From Lytechinus pictus (Eukaryota): DNA of 64,000 nt. This document shows, in pieces, positions 62,553 through 64,000 of this stretch. Below the pieces are notes generated by a model, which had not been told where the DNA came from, ran no database searches, and saw only the letters and a program-made list of their open reading frames with translations. The position numbers and the translations under genes were made by a program. The first letter of the stretch is position 1. Each line of letters begins with the position of its first letter. Location: positions 17,982,001 to 18,046,000 of the forward strand of contig NC_087250.1 of the NCBI RefSeq assembly GCF_037042905.1. Reading direction: 5' to 3'.

Positions 62553-64000
62553 TAGAACACATTACGGTATACTTTTTTAATATAAGGTATGAATAGTAGA
62601 GAGCATACAAATTGCGTGTGACATCCTTTGTTTTGGAAATCCCCTCATTGTTTCTTTTGTCAGCTATTCTTGTTCATACTCTAAAAACATTGTGTGTCTC
62701 GTGTGGATGGTACAGAGTAAAGACGTGTTCAAGTTGATGTATATTTCTATAAAATATTTTCATCACGTTCAAAATTTGTTTTATTGTTTGTCTTGTTGAT
62801 ATAAAATGACTCAGCAAGTGTGGAATTACCTGAAAATGGAAGGGAATAATCTTTGCTTATATCTTTCTGATATGCTACCACTTAAGTCGTAAGAATATTC
62901 TATTTTACATTGAAAACATGAATAACCAAGAGTGTGTGATAACTATTTACAAAAGCAGCGTCGAAATATTTACAAAGAAACGATATAATCCTTTTTTTAA
63001 GATTTGTATGCTCGCTTATAATGTTAGTCACATAGTAAAACGTTTAGCAAAAACTTTTACACGTTAGATGGCCTTCAAATCTAAATTGAATGGAATGATA
63101 ACTGAAATTGTAGTTATGTGAATAAATCAGGTGATATGAATATAAAATCACTGAACATAAATGGTCAACCGCGGGTTCCTTTCATTAGTGCTGATAAAAT
63201 AAACAACTTAAAACTTGAAATTCAAACTGAGAAAATCGGAGTTGGTTGTAACATAGGTCGATCGACATTTAATATCTCAGTAAAGGCTAATAAGGATTAC
63301 ACAAAACCGGATATATAAACAATAAAATGAAACAAACGAAACTATAAACACCGAAAAATTATATTCCAACAAATCTGGAAATAACGCAGATATCAAATTA
63401 GTAAATCTGCCTTTTATATGATTATATTTCTATCTTATATGATATGGTGTATAATCAACCAGAAAATAACCATTTTCCCTACGAGATTTCACGCAGTATG
63501 TTAGATATGCAAGTATACACGTCATTTACAAGAAAATAATTATTCTTTAAATCATTTTACACAAAGCTCCTATACTCTGTGTGCTTAATTTTTATATATT
63601 ACATTGCAGAATTCAAGAAAATAACGAAACCACGAAAGAGTCAGAATTTTATTAAATATCACTACTGTTGTACACACTCGCGGACACAAACGAAAAAAAA
63701 AGTTTTCATATAATGCATTCTTGCAGGACTTCAGGGCCTACATTATAACTTATGACAAATGACTTAAGACAAAACATTTTAAATAATGCAACATTAATGG
63801 TATTTATAAAGTCTAGAAAGTGGTAAGTCAGATTCTGGGATACTACTGCTAAACAACTTTCTTAGATTTAGAAAGAGTTTCCTGAATTACGAGCTCTGTA
63901 TCTACTTTAGATGTAATACATTACGACTAGTAAGGAGTTGGCTATACTATTGCAGACACTTCAAGATAAATAGCTGCATGTATAAACAGGTGGCATTCAA

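Overview
Eukaryotic, AT-rich, transposon-saturated genomic DNA. The repeat families, SINE types and ankyrin-ZU5 gene suggest a marine invertebrate, probably a sea urchin; this is inference, as the taxon cannot be shown from the window. One apparently intact minus-strand gene can be reconstructed from 7 phase-compatible exons (29492-27442, 27070-26888, 26498-26341, 25333-25299, 24739-24407, 1594-1347, 643-515) and continues off the left edge. It encodes about 23-24 ankyrin repeats, then ZU5, then a UPA-like region. Its large exon is an array of near-identical 99-bp repeats that vary almost only at DARPin-type binding positions. A 22.8-kb intron splitting the ZU5 region holds a HERO-like RLE LINE, itself split by a 5.8-kb TIR-less element carrying a candidate spliced non-coding unit. 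The same intron holds a Gypsy element containing a five-level nest of DNA transposons. The 35-50 kb region is a stack of nested LINEs (two L2/CR1-group, one Tx1/L1-like, one RLE-type) bracketed by a roughly 0.5-kb inverted duplication. The right end has many MITEs, tRNA-derived SINEs, a SINE with a 7SL-like head and a discoidin (F5/8C) pseudo-exon. No rRNA, intact tRNA or CRISPR array was seen.
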